Shown here piece after piece: positions 29,718-39,763 of a stretch of DNA of 64,000 nucleotides (position 1 is its first letter; each line of letters starts with the position of its first letter). The notes below the pieces were generated by a model. It made no database searches. It saw nothing but the letters and a program-made list of their open reading frames with translations, and was not told the DNA's origin. The DNA comes from Fibrobacteria bacterium (GTDB lineage: Bacteria > Fibrobacterota > Fibrobacteria > UBA11236), in the NCBI GenBank assembly GCA_041746255.1, contig JBGTHM010000102.1, positions 1 through 64,000 on the forward strand, read 5' to 3'. The position numbers and the translations under genes are program-made.

Positions 29718-30671
29718 ATGCCTATTCCCAAGGGCCCTTACCTTGCTTTTGAACAGCCCATTGTAGAGCTTTCCTTAAAAATCGAAGATTTGATGAAAAA
29801 CAGCGAGATTACCGCCGGAGATGTGCGGGAATTGCTGATCAAGAAGGAGAATCTCCAAAAAAAGGTTTATGGAAAGTTGACCGCCTGGAACCGGGTCGAA
29901 TTGGCCCGGCGTTCCGGTAGACCCTATACCCTGGATTATATCCGGCATATTTTCACCGATTTCGTCGAATTGCACGGGGATCGCTGTTTCGGCGACGACC
30001 CCGCCATCGTCGCGGGACCCGCCAAACTCATGGACCAGCCGGTTATGATTATGGGGCATCAAAAGGGCAGCGATACCAAGGAGAGTTTACGGCGGAATTT
30101 CGGCATGGCCCATCCGGAAGGCTATCGCAAAGCCTTACGTTGCATGAAAATGGCGGAAAAATTCAAGATGCCCATCATCTGCTTCGTCGACACCATGGGA
30201 GCCTATCCCGGGTTGGGAGCCGAAGAAAGGGGCCAAGCCGAGGCCATCGCCCATAACCTACGCGAGATGGCCGTTCTCAAAACACCCATCGTGGTCATCA
30301 TCATCGGTGAAGGCGCCAGCGGAGGCGCAGTGGGCATCGGTATTGGCGATCGTCTCCTGATGCTGGAAAACGCCTGGTTCGGAGTCATCTCTCCCGAAGG
30401 TTGCGCGACCATTCTCTGGGGTGACAGCAGTAAAAAGCAGGAATTAAGCGAGACCATGAAGATTACCGCCAACGATCTTCTCGAATTGAAAATTATCGAT
30501 CGAGTGATTCCCGAACCGGCGGGTGGCGCCCATTGGGATCCGGAACAAGTCTGTAAAACGGTAAAAGCGGCCCTGATCGAAGAGGTCGCGACTCTGGTCA
30601 AACAAAAACCCGAAGAACGAGTAGCTGCCCGTATCGCCAAGTTGGCGGACATGGGAATGTTTACCGGTTAG
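29718..30671 (+). CDS. accA: Acetyl-CoA carboxylase carboxyltransferase alpha subunit
   Basis: ELHGDR, RNFGMAHPEGYRKA, GAEERGQ, GEGASGGA, ISPEGC. Confidence 0.96.
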   Translation: MPIPKGPYLAFEQPIVELSLKIEDLMKNSEITAGDVRELLIKKENLQKKVYGKLTAWNRVELARRSGRPYTLDYIRHIFTDFVELHGDRCFGDDPAIVAGPAKLMDQPVMIMGHQKGSDTKESLRRNFGMAHPEGYRKALRCMKMAEKFKMPIICFVDTMGAYPGLGAEERGQAEAIAHNLREMAVLKTPIVVIIIGEGASGGAVGIGIGDRLLMLENAWFGVISPEGCATILWGDSSKKQELSETMKITANDLLELKIIDRVIPEPAGGAHWDPEQVCKTVKAALIEEVATLVKQKPEERVAARIAKLADMGMFTG

Positions 30672-30687
30672 AAGAAAGGAACTTGCC

Positions 30688-30945
30688 GTGGTCGATCCTC
30701 AATTGTTGGAAATATTGTGCTGTCCCGAAACCAAGGAAGATGTTGCGTTGGAACAGGGGGAGTTGATCGAAAAAATCAATGCGCGTATCGACACGGGAGA
30801 GCTCAAAAACCGTGGCGGCGAAACCGTCAAGGAAAAAATGGAGGCCGGCCTGATGCGGGCCGACCGGAAATACCTCTACCCGATTCGAGACGATATTCCC
30901 ATTATGTTGATTGATGAGGCAATTCCTATGGAAGGTTTGATATAA
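30688..30945 (+). CDS. Trm112-family protein
   Basis: LLEILCCPETK...YPIRDDIPIML. Confidence 0.85.
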   Translation: MVDPQLLEILCCPETKEDVALEQGELIEKINARIDTGELKNRGGETVKEKMEAGLMRADRKYLYPIRDDIPIMLIDEAIPMEGLI

Positions 30946-31050
30946 TAAAGGCTTGTGATCCGGGTCCCTTGGGCCCGGATGCCCAAGTCTAACCGCACCC
31001 GGGGGGTGCATGTACCGCGCGCTCCATTCAGGGACGATGTCGACGGGGGT

Positions 31051-33702
31051 ATGATGAGCATTCGCTACACGTCCGAACAGTTGCAGGAAAAATTCGGGCA
31101 CGGTAATTCCGGTTTTGCCTTCGCCCGCATGGCGGACTCCCTTCGGGAAGAAGGGCGCATGGAAGAAGCCATTGCCCTGTGCACCCATAAAATACAGCAA
31201 CATCCCGATTACCTTACCGGCCGTCTGGTAGGCGCCCGCTGTTTGCTTGAGGCCGATCGGCTGCGACCGGCCCGGGAAGAGTTCGAAGCCGCCCTCAGGC
31301 TCGATCCGCGCTGTCTCGCCGCCTGGAAAGGACTGGCGCAGACGCTGGCGCGCATGTCGGATAAAGGCTCCGAAGCTTGTTTGGCGCGCATACAGGAAAT
31401 CGATCCCTGGTTCGATACTTCTTCCCTAGTCGGAGGATCCTGGGCTCCTGCGGAGTCGACATTTGAAGAAAGCCTTTCTGGTGACAGGAACAAAACTCTC
31501 GAATTGTCTTTGGACGATGTGGGTGACTACCTGCCCTCTTCGGACGAGGAGTCTTTTACTCTGGAAGCCGAGCCTAATCCGGACGAAACGGTAATTGCAG
31601 CCGGGATTGGCTTTGAGACCGAAACCGAGATTGTGGATTCTGAAGAGAGGATCGCGATAGAGGACGGTGACGGTGACGTCCCGGTTTCAGGGCAGGATGT
31701 AGAAAATCGTTTAGACAGTATTTTTGGGGAAGAATCCTCGGATTCTTCCGGCGACGCCAGCGGGAACACTGGCTTTTTTGCCGAAGCCGCTGATGTCGGG
31801 GGCGATTCCCCAGACCTGACGGCTACCGCTTTCCAACCTTTCCCCGAAATCGGTGGGTCTTCCGTTGCAGACGCAGGCGAAACGGAATCCGAGCTTGATT
31901 CCGAATTGCTGACCGGTGAGGATGTTGCCGATCATCTGGATCGGTTTTTTGAAGAAGAGCCCGAACCTCTTCCGTTAACCCAGGAAAAGCATCAGGCAGA
32001 AGAGCCGCTCCCGCAAGAGCAGCCGGAAGCAGCTGTTCCGGTCGATGAATTCGTCGCTGAAACCGAAACGATTGAAACGGTTTCCCAGCCACAGGAAGAG
32101 GATGTCGATACTACGCGGCATGACAACAAAATTGTTTCCGGCTTTGAATTTTTAGGAGAAGACGCAGGTGGGCCTGCCGAAATCGAAAAGGAGGAGGGTT
32201 TCTCCTTTTCCGCCGCAGGGGATAGCAATGCCTTGGCTCGGGATTCGATGCAGGATTGGTTGATGGGAACCGAAGAGCCCGAAGCAACCGGGATTGAGGC
32301 GAACAATATTCCAGAAGTTTCGCTTGAATCTTCCACTCCATCCGAAATCAGCACCAGCGATACTTTTGCCAGCCTTTTCGCCGACGAAAGTATCGCCGAG
32401 GAATCATCCCCTCCCCGCGATGAGGCCGAAACCGCCCACGATTCCCCATCCGGTTCCGATACCGTAGCCTTTGAAATCGGCGCGCCGGAGGAAGGGGATC
32501 CCAGCGTTGAAGAGTTGACGGAAGAATTGGAGAATCGGCTGGACCAATTGTTCGATGACGACGGCGAGGGGAGCGGCGAAAATCCTCCCGAGTCTGTAGC
32601 AGCGGAGGAGGATTCCAGCAGGCCAATGGCGGAGTTCCCGTTTTCAGCGGGTACGGAAACGCTGATCATGCCTCGCTCGGAGATGGAAAAGCACGCGGTT
32701 GAGGAGGAGGATACTGAGGAAGAGGTGCAAGAGACAGTGGATTTACGCCGCGATCCCTTCACGGATTCCGCAACGGCGACCGAATCTTCTCCCATGGCCG
32801 GCCTTTTTGAAGAACCCCTGGAATCCGAAGATGGGGATGCCGGTAGTCACAATCTATTTGAAATAGAGTCACCCCAGGGAAGAAACTCTGGAGTCGACCC
32901 GGAAATAGTCAGTGGCCAGGATGTAACCCAGCGCTTGAATGAGTTATTCGGTTCCGATCACCCTGACGACGGACCACTTGACGATGATGCGTCCTTAACC
33001 GGAGCCGATCAGACCACGATCGCACCTAAAGTCGAGCCATCCCTTGCGAAAGAGTTCGGGTTTGAGACGGAGACTGACTTCCCATCGGAAGAGGAAACCC
33101 CGCTTCAATCCGAAAAAGCCGGCGAGAAAGAACCGGTTCTATTCGAGGCGGAAGAGGAAAAATCGGCCTCAGACACCCATTTTATCGAAACCGACAAACA
33201 TTCTCCGGTGGTATCGGGTGATGATATTTCCTCGCGGCTGGCCATGATGTTTGGAGATTCAGAAGTCGGATCCGAGTCTGAAACCGTGAATTTGCTTCCA
33301 GTGCCGGAAACCACGCAGGAATCCGGATTGGACGCCGTTCTTCCTCACCAGGAGGAAAGGGCTGATAACCACCCGATTGGACAGGATTCCGGTGAGGACG
33401 AGGCGCCCCTGGAGGATGAAGAATCGGAAGAGATACCCACCAATGTTGCCACTGTTACCTTGGCAGAGATATATTTCCAACAAGGCTTAAAAGAACAGGC
33501 CCTGCAAATCTACCGTCAGCTTCTTGATCGCGAGCCCGAGAATGAAGCGGCCCAGAAACGAATTGCTGAGATTGAGGCCAGCAAGACGGAAGAGGATAAT
33601 TCCGAGGACGATGCAACCGACCGACCGGGGCGCCAGCGAGGGGTAAGACCCGGAACCCGGCCTGGGTATCGGTCCGGCAGGCCTCCAAGGAGGCGGGGAT
33701 GA
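31051..33702 (+). CDS. TPR protein with a long acidic disordered linker and a FimV-like C-terminal TPR
   Basis: N-terminal TPRs; roughly 650-700 aa E/D/S/P-rich region; ATVTLAEIYFQQG...A..IY..LL; Arg/Pro-rich tail. Start is ATG 31051 or GTG 30955. Confidence 0.7.
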   Translation: MMSIRYTSEQLQEKFGHGNSGFAFARMADSLREEGRMEEAIALCTHKIQQHPDYLTGRLVGARCLLEADRLRPAREEFEAALRLDPRCLAAWKGLAQTLARMSDKGSEACLARIQEIDPWFDTSSLVGGSWAPAESTFEESLSGDRNKTLELSLDDVGDYLPSSDEESFTLEAEPNPDETVIAAGIGFETETEIVDSEERIAIEDGDGDVPVSGQDVENRLDSIFGEESSDSSGDASGNTGFFAEAADVGGDSPDLTATAFQPFPEIGGSSVADAGETESELDSELLTGEDVADHLDRFFEEEPEPLPLTQEKHQAEEPLPQEQPEAAVPVDEFVAETETIETVSQPQEEDVDTTRHDNKIVSGFEFLGEDAGGPAEIEKEEGFSFSAAGDSNALARDSMQDWLMGTEEPEATGIEANNIPEVSLESSTPSEISTSDTFASLFADESIAEESSPPRDEAETAHDSPSGSDTVAFEIGAPEEGDPSVEELTEELENRLDQLFDDDGEGSGENPPESVAAEEDSSRPMAEFPFSAGTETLIMPRSEMEKHAVEEEDTEEEVQETVDLRRDPFTDSATATESSPMAGLFEEPLESEDGDAGSHNLFEIESPQGRNSGVDPEIVSGQDVTQRLNELFGSDHPDDGPLDDDASLTGADQTTIAPKVEPSLAKEFGFETETDFPSEEETPLQSEKAGEKEPVLFEAEEEKSASDTHFIETDKHSPVVSGDDISSRLAMMFGDSEVGSESETVNLLPVPETTQESGLDAVLPHQEERADNHPIGQDSGEDEAPLEDEESEEIPTNVATVTLAEIYFQQGLKEQALQIYRQLLDREPENEAAQKRIAEIEASKTEEDNSEDDATDRPGRQRGVRPGTRPGYRSGRPPRRRG

Positions 33703-33726
33703 AAGAATTACCGGAAAGGTTATGGA

Positions 33727-34206
33727 ATGAAGCTCAGCGATGTGGCCCACCTGGTCAAGCTTTTGGACAAGAGCAGCTTGACGGAGTTAAGCTTTAGTGA
33801 CGAAATAAGTCGGGTGGTGCTGAAAAAAGGGGTAACGGGAGTCGTTACGACCGTTTCTCCCCAACAGGCGCCCGCCCCCCAATATTTTCAGCCGGCTCCG
33901 GGGCCGTTTCCCGGGGCTAGCGCCTCTCCGGAAATATCCCCTCCGGCGGAAAAAGCCGGTCCCAAATTCAAGGAGGTCACCTCGCCCATGGTAGGTACCT
34001 TCTATGCTTCCTCCACCCCGGGCGCAGCCGCGATGGTAGAGGTGGGCTCTACAGTCAAGGCGGGACAGGTGGTGTGTATTATCGAAGCGATGAAAATCAT
34101 GAACGAAATCGAATCGGACGTGGGCGGAGTCGTGGAGGAGGTCTGCGTGAAAAACGAAACCCCGGTTGAATACGGCACGGTCCTATTCCGGATCCGCCCG
34201 GGCTGA
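33727..34206 (+). CDS. accB: Biotin carboxyl carrier protein
   Basis: SPMVGTFY, IIEAMKIMNEI, VEYG. Confidence 0.96.
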   Translation: MKLSDVAHLVKLLDKSSLTELSFSDEISRVVLKKGVTGVVTTVSPQQAPAPQYFQPAPGPFPGASASPEISPPAEKAGPKFKEVTSPMVGTFYASSTPGAAAMVEVGSTVKAGQVVCIIEAMKIMNEIESDVGGVVEEVCVKNETPVEYGTVLFRIRPG

Positions 34207-34210
34207 ATCC

Positions 34211-35311
34211 GTGAATCTTGAAGTTTTATTGCGGGAAATGATGCACCGAAGTGCATCGGATCTCCACCTTAGGGTGGGAGGACAACCCGCATTCCGCATC
34301 AACGGGGAACTTTACCGGCTGCAAACCGAGCGCCTGCTTCCCGAGCAGATGGAACAATTCATACTCGACCTGATGGATCGGAACCAAAAGGCACGGTTCG
34401 AGGAAAACATGGAGCTTGATTTCGCTGTGGGAGTACGCGGAGTGGGACGATTTCGCGTCAATGCCTATAAGCAACGCGGCACTCCCGCGCTATGCATTCG
34501 GGCCATTGTCGGCATTATTCCCCCCTTCGAACAATTGGGCCTCCCCGAGATTATCCGCGACATCGCCTTGAAGCGCCGCGGCCTCATCCTTGTCACGGGG
34601 ACCACCGGATCGGGCAAATCCACTACCTTGGCTTCGATGATCGATCATATCAACGAGCACCTGGCCTGCAATATCATCACTATCGAAGACCCCATCGAAT
34701 TTTTATACAAGGACAAAAAAAGCATCATTTCGCAGCGCGAGGTGAACCAGGATACCGTCAGCTACGCATCGGCTTTGAAAGCCGCTTTCCGGGAAGATCC
34801 GGACGTGATTCTCCTCGGTGAAATCCGCGACCAGGACACCATGTCCATTGCGCTGACCGCGGCCGATACCGGCCATTTGGTGCTCTCCACCCTGCACACC
34901 ATGAACGTGGTGGAAACCGTGAACCGCATCATCTCCTTTTTTCCTCCCCACCAACACCAACAGGTTCGGCTTATGCTGAGCTCGGTGCTGGTTTCCGTCA
35001 TCACCTTGCGGCTTGTCGTGCGCAAGGACGGACGAGGGCGGGCCCCGGCTTGCGAGATCATGGTGAACAATGCCACTTTACGGGAATTACTCACGTATCC
35101 CGAGCACACGCACCAAATCGACGCGGCGATTCGTGAGGGCCATACTCAATACGGTTCGCAGTCATTCGATCAAAGTATTCTCAAGCTCTATCAAGACGAT
35201 GTCATCAGCTACGAAACGGCCCTGGCGAACGCCAGCAATCCCGACGATTTCGAGCTCAAGGTTCGGGGCGTAGAAGGCACCTCCGACAGGAATTGGATAA
35301 GCGGTGTTTAA
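34211..35311 (+). CDS. PilT/PilU-family type IV pilus retraction ATPase
   Basis: [47 protein letters not shown]. The AIRNLIRE motif is not conserved. GTG start at 34211. Confidence 0.92.
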   Translation: MNLEVLLREMMHRSASDLHLRVGGQPAFRINGELYRLQTERLLPEQMEQFILDLMDRNQKARFEENMELDFAVGVRGVGRFRVNAYKQRGTPALCIRAIVGIIPPFEQLGLPEIIRDIALKRRGLILVTGTTGSGKSTTLASMIDHINEHLACNIITIEDPIEFLYKDKKSIISQREVNQDTVSYASALKAAFREDPDVILLGEIRDQDTMSIALTAADTGHLVLSTLHTMNVVETVNRIISFFPPHQHQQVRLMLSSVLVSVITLRLVVRKDGRGRAPACEIMVNNATLRELLTYPEHTHQIDAAIREGHTQYGSQSFDQSILKLYQDDVISYETALANASNPDDFELKVRGVEGTSDRNWISGV

Positions 35312-36671
35312 AAAAATTCTGATAGCCAATCGCGGCGAAATTGCGCTGCGAGTCATTCGTTCATGCAAAGAAATGGGAATCAAGACGGTGGCGGTACACT
35401 CCAGCGCCGATACCCATTCCTTGCACGTTCACTTTGCCGACGAAGATATTTGCATCGGTCCGCCCGATTCCAAGCGCAGCTACCTGAACATGCAACAGAT
35501 TCTGGCTGCGGCGGAACTTACCAACGCCGATGCCATTCATCCCGGATATGGATTTTTATCGGAGAACGCCAAATTCGCCGAAATGTGCGAAGACAACCGG
35601 GCAGTATTCATCGGCCCTTCGGCGGAAGTCATCCGGAGCATGGGCGACAAGAGCGTAGCCAAATCGACCATGAAAAAAGCGGGAGTGCCCACCATTCCGG
35701 GATCCGAAGGCGTGGTGGCGACCCTGGACGATGCCCTGGCCGCAGCCAAGACGGTAGGGTTTCCCGTCATCGTAAAGGCTTCGGCGGGAGGCGGCGGACG
35801 GGGCATGCGCGTGGCCCATTCGGAAGAAGAATTGAAGAAACTGTATCCGGTAGCCGCAGCCGAGGCGGTGGCCTGTTTTGGCCGAGGCGATTTGTATCTG
35901 GAACGCTATTTCACCGAGCCGCGCCATGTCGAAATCCAGCTTATCGGCGATAAGCATGGGAACATGGTGTATTTGGGTGAACGCGACTGTTCCATCCAAC
36001 GCAGGCATCAAAAACTCATCGAAGAATCTCCCAGTCCGGCAGTAACTCCCGAGATACGTGAGAAAATGGGGAAGGTAGCGGTGGCGGGAGCCCGCTACGC
36101 CGGATATTACAATGCCGGAACCATCGAATTCCTTTTCGACAGCAAGGATTCCTCCTTCTTTTTCATGGAAATGAATACGCGCATCCAGGTGGAGCATCCC
36201 GTAACCGAAGCCACCACGGGAGTGGACCTGGTGCGGGCGCAAATCCAGGTGGCCGCGGGTGAACATCTGGAATTCACCCAGGAAAGCATCCAGCTTTTTG
36301 GGCACAGCATCGAATGCCGGATCAACGCGGAGGATCCGAACAACGACTTCCGGCCCAGCCCGGGCACCATCACCGAATTCCACCTTCCCGGGGGGATGGG
36401 GGTACGGATCGATACCCATTGTTATAGCGGTTACGTGGTTCCCCCCAATTACGACAGCATGATAGCCAAGCTGATCGTGCACGCGCCTACGCGGGAACAA
36501 GCCATTGAGCGTATGCTGCGCGCCCTGGACGAATTCATCATCGTAGGCATCAAGACGACCATTTCCATGCATAAGCGCATCTTGCGCCATCCGAAATTCG
36601 CCCAGGGTGAATACAGCACCCGATTTTTGGAACTCTATCCCGAACTCCTAGTGGAGCCCCTCAATGCCTGA
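35304..36671 (+). CDS. accC: Biotin carboxylase
   Basis: [45 protein letters not shown]. Confidence 0.97.
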   Translation: MFKKILIANRGEIALRVIRSCKEMGIKTVAVHSSADTHSLHVHFADEDICIGPPDSKRSYLNMQQILAAAELTNADAIHPGYGFLSENAKFAEMCEDNRAVFIGPSAEVIRSMGDKSVAKSTMKKAGVPTIPGSEGVVATLDDALAAAKTVGFPVIVKASAGGGGRGMRVAHSEEELKKLYPVAAAEAVACFGRGDLYLERYFTEPRHVEIQLIGDKHGNMVYLGERDCSIQRRHQKLIEESPSPAVTPEIREKMGKVAVAGARYAGYYNAGTIEFLFDSKDSSFFFMEMNTRIQVEHPVTEATTGVDLVRAQIQVAAGEHLEFTQESIQLFGHSIECRINAEDPNNDFRPSPGTITEFHLPGGMGVRIDTHCYSGYVVPPNYDSMIAKLIVHAPTREQAIERMLRALDEFIIVGIKTTISMHKRILRHPKFAQGEYSTRFLELYPELLVEPLNA

Positions 36672-37650
36672 TATGTCCCAGCGTCTGAGTATTTCCAGCG
36701 CCTCCGAACTCACGGGGGTTTTTCCCGCCCTGTTCACTCCGCTCAAAGACGATGACCGGAAGCGTCTCAACAATTCCATCGACTACGAAAAGGCGAAAGT
36801 CATTATCGACGATCTGATTGCAGCCGGGGTATCGGGGCTGGTACCGGTGGGCACTACGGGCCAAAGCCCCACGGTCAGCCATGCCCAGCATCTTGATTTT
36901 ATCCGCTTCACCGCGGAATACGTGGAGAAGCGGGTGCCTATTATCGCGGGGGCGGGCTCCAACTGCACCCGGGAGTCGGTGGAAATGATCCAGAAGATCG
37001 GGAAATCGGTAGGCGATGTGGCAGTGCTTTGCGTGACGGGATATTATAATAACCCTCCGCAAGAAGGCGTAAAGCTCCATTATGAAACGCTGGCGGCCGA
37101 GACCGGAGCCAAAATCGTCGTTTACAACGTGCCGAGCCGCACGAATTCGTATGTCGAGCCCGAAACCCTGATTGCTTTAAGCGCGCTCCCGGGAATTATC
37201 GGCGTGAAGCAGGCGGTCGATTTCAGGGCGGAAGGCAAACATCGCGAGGATACGCGGAGGGTGCTGCAATCCGTCGATAAATCCCAATTCGCCGTGGTAT
37301 CGGGAGAAGACGATTTGCTGTACGCCTTGCTCGAACTGGGCGGTACGGGTGTGATCACCGCATCCGGAAACATACCCGAGGTGGCGAGGCTTTATCTGCG
37401 CATGATAAAAGCCTGGACAGACGGCGAGTCGAAATCCGCGGCTGCGCTTCAAGAAGAAGTATCCGAATTCGCGCGACTGGTCTTCATGCGCAAAAATCCG
37501 ATACCGCTGGGTACCTTCTTCAATTCTCCCCTTTATCTTCCCTTGGTTTCCGTGAGGGAAACCGCGGACGGCGAAAAGGCTGAAGAGGAAATTCTCGCCT
37601 TCATCAAATCCAGGGCAATCTCGCTGGTAAAATACCATAATCGAGAGTAG
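36664..37650 (+). CDS. dapA: 4-hydroxy-tetrahydrodipicolinate synthase
   Basis: GTTGQS, GAGSN, YYN, YNVPSRT, GVK (Schiff-base Lys), SGED, NPIP. Confidence 0.85.
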   Translation: MPDMSQRLSISSASELTGVFPALFTPLKDDDRKRLNNSIDYEKAKVIIDDLIAAGVSGLVPVGTTGQSPTVSHAQHLDFIRFTAEYVEKRVPIIAGAGSNCTRESVEMIQKIGKSVGDVAVLCVTGYYNNPPQEGVKLHYETLAAETGAKIVVYNVPSRTNSYVEPETLIALSALPGIIGVKQAVDFRAEGKHREDTRRVLQSVDKSQFAVVSGEDDLLYALLELGGTGVITASGNIPEVARLYLRMIKAWTDGESKSAAALQEEVSEFARLVFMRKNPIPLGTFFNSPLYLPLVSVRETADGEKAEEEILAFIKSRAISLVKYHNRE

Positions 37651-37669
37651 CTTCATCCGGAAGGAAAGC

Positions 37670-38242
37670 ATGTCCGACATCAAGGCTCCGACCCGTCCCG
37701 GCCTCGAAACCGCGGCTCTCATCAAAGCCCGCATCCGAACCATTCCCAATTGGCCCAAGCCGGGGGTTCAGTTCCGGGACGTCACCACCCTTTGGAATGA
37801 TCCCGAAGGGTTCCGGCTCAGCGTGGACGCCTTCGCCGAATATTACGGGGGACTGGATTTTACCACCATCGTCGGAATCGAAAGCCGGGGTTTCATCATC
37901 GGTGCGGCCTTGGCCGCCCGGCTGGGCAAGGGATTCGTACCCATCCGTAAAATGGGCAAGCTTCCCGCCGAAGTCGAAAGCCAGGAATACGAATTGGAAT
38001 ACGGCAGCGATTGCATTGAAATCCACCGGGATGCCATCATCGCGGGCCAAAAGGTTTTGCTGATGGACGATTTACTGGCTACCGGCGGGACCATGCGAGC
38101 GGCTTGCCACTTGCTTTCCAAACTGGGCGGAACGGTACTTTCCTGCGGAGTGATCGTGGACTTACCGGTGCTCGGTGGCCGCAAGGTGCTCGAGGCGGAA
38201 GGTTCCCATGTCTTCTCGCTGGTCGAGTTCGACGGAGACTGA
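37670..38242 (+). CDS. apt: Adenine phosphoribosyltransferase
   Basis: WPKPGVQFRD, ESRGF, YELEYG, DDLLATGGT. Confidence 0.95.
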   Translation: MSDIKAPTRPGLETAALIKARIRTIPNWPKPGVQFRDVTTLWNDPEGFRLSVDAFAEYYGGLDFTTIVGIESRGFIIGAALAARLGKGFVPIRKMGKLPAEVESQEYELEYGSDCIEIHRDAIIAGQKVLLMDDLLATGGTMRAACHLLSKLGGTVLSCGVIVDLPVLGGRKVLEAEGSHVFSLVEFDGD

Positions 38243-38409
38243 TCCGGGCCCATCCTCGGCGCTCCAATCCTGTTCATCCTACACGCCAAGCCCCGGCCAA
38301 CTCAGAAGGAATTCGTGTCCGGCAATGGGTTCTGACCCGACATTTTATTTTTTCCCCGCTGCAGTGACACATTCCTCCCTTTGCGGTGTTCCAAGAATAG
38401 AATAGACAC

Positions 38410-38907
38410 ATGGACTCGGAAAAGCTGAAAAACCTGTACCGCCGGTATGGCCCGCTTGTGCTGCGGCGCTGCGGTCGACTATTGGGTAATTCCACCGAAG
38501 CCGAGGACGCCATGCAGGAGGTTTTCATGCAGATTCTAAGGAATCCCGCGCTGATCGATGCCGAGTTTCCCTCCAGCCTTTTGTACAAGATCGCCACGAA
38601 CACCTGTCTGAACCGTCTGCGAGGGCGTTCGCGTCGGGCCGAGACGCGCGAGGATGCCGCCTTGCTCGCCATCGCCTCGGAGGAGGACGTGGAGGCGCGC
38701 TCGGCTGCCGGGCGTTTGCTCGACCGGTTGTTTGGACGCCACCCCGAATCCACCCGCGTCATGGCCGTACTGCACTTCTTGGACGGTCTCACGCTTGAAG
38801 AAGTGGCGCGCGAGACCTCGCTCTCCGTATCCGGTGTTCGCAAGCGCCTTCGCGCGCTGAAGGATAGCTCCCTTAAACTCGGCGACACGGAGGTTGTCCA
38901 TGGCTGA
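38410..38907 (+). CDS. ECF sigma-70 factor
   Basis: Region 2 EAEDAMQEVF...KIATNTCLN; region 4 GLTLEEVARETSLSVSGVRKRL; 165 aa. Confidence 0.92.
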   Translation: MDSEKLKNLYRRYGPLVLRRCGRLLGNSTEAEDAMQEVFMQILRNPALIDAEFPSSLLYKIATNTCLNRLRGRSRRAETREDAALLAIASEEDVEARSAAGRLLDRLFGRHPESTRVMAVLHFLDGLTLEEVARETSLSVSGVRKRLRALKDSSLKLGDTEVVHG

Positions 38908-39763
38908 GCCCATTTTACCGGGATCCTCGGAACCCGTTTCCGACCTGCTTTTGGAGCGTTACGCGCTCGGCGAGTTGCCGCTCGATCTGAAACGGCGAGT
39001 TGAGGCGCGACTGGACGTGGATCCTGCGCTAAGCGCCCGCCTCGACTCTTTGCGCGCCTCCGACGAAACGTTGCTGAAGCAATATCCTCCCGAAGTCGTC
39101 GTGCCAAGCCTTAGAAACCTACTCCGACGCGAGCGGGTGGAAATGAATAACCGTAACGCGCATACGGGACGGAGCTCGGCCTATTTTCTGGCAAAGCCTG
39201 TCTTCGCGGCCGCGCTTGTGTTAGCGGCGGTGTCCATCCCCCTGTGGCAGTTCGGGCGATCGGTGCTTCCACCTTTGGTGGATGAAGGCCTAGTCGCTGT
39301 TATTTCCGTCCCGGAACCTTCCGTAATTGCGCCGGAACCCACGAAAGAGGGCACACGAATCAAAGGACTGGATCCCGCCATCGCGCTGTTCCGACGCACG
39401 GATCAGGGCGCCGAGGCCCTCAAGCCTGGCGCGACGGTGCGTCCTGGCGATGTGCTCCGGGTCGGCTATCGCTCCGGCGGTTTTCCATTCGGCGCCATCT
39501 TTTCGGTGGACGGAAACGGTAGCGTTACCCGCCATTGGCCGCTTGCGGGCGACGGTGGGGGCCGCCTCGAGGCCGGAGAGCAACTGCTCCCCGGCGCGTT
39601 CATGCTGGATGCGGCCCCGGATTATGAACGATTTTTCCTGTTGGTTTCGGAAGAACCATTCAATCTGAATCCCGAGCTGGAGGCGCTGCTTGCCGGTAAT
39701 CCACCCAGGACACGCGGGCTCCAAACAATACGCTTCGAACTCCTGAAGGACAATGGAATATGA
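38900..39763 (+). CDS. Membrane anti-sigma factor with periplasmic DUF4384-like domain
   Basis: N-terminal ASD-like LLERYALGEL without HxxxCxxC; single TM helix; Pro-rich linker; TRIKG; beta-rich domain. Overlaps the sigma gene. Confidence 0.75.
   Translation: MAEPILPGSSEPVSDLLLERYALGELPLDLKRRVEARLDVDPALSARLDSLRASDETLLKQYPPEVVVPSLRNLLRRERVEMNNRNAHTGRSSAYFLAKPVFAAALVLAAVSIPLWQFGRSVLPPLVDEGLVAVISVPEPSVIAPEPTKEGTRIKGLDPAIALFRRTDQGAEALKPGATVRPGDVLRVGYRSGGFPFGAIFSVDGNGSVTRHWPLAGDGGGRLEAGEQLLPGAFMLDAAPDYERFFLLVSEEPFNLNPELEALLAGNPPRTRGLQTIRFELLKDNGI

Noticed and set aside
35556..36590. Long antisense ORFs (also 18355..19251, 54941..55807, 39622..40455, 31992..32795)
   Set aside because: Shadow frames of well-supported GC-rich genes; no motifs.
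38327..38339. GGGTTCTGACCC as a REP-like element
   Set aside because: Single short imperfect palindrome with no further copies seen.
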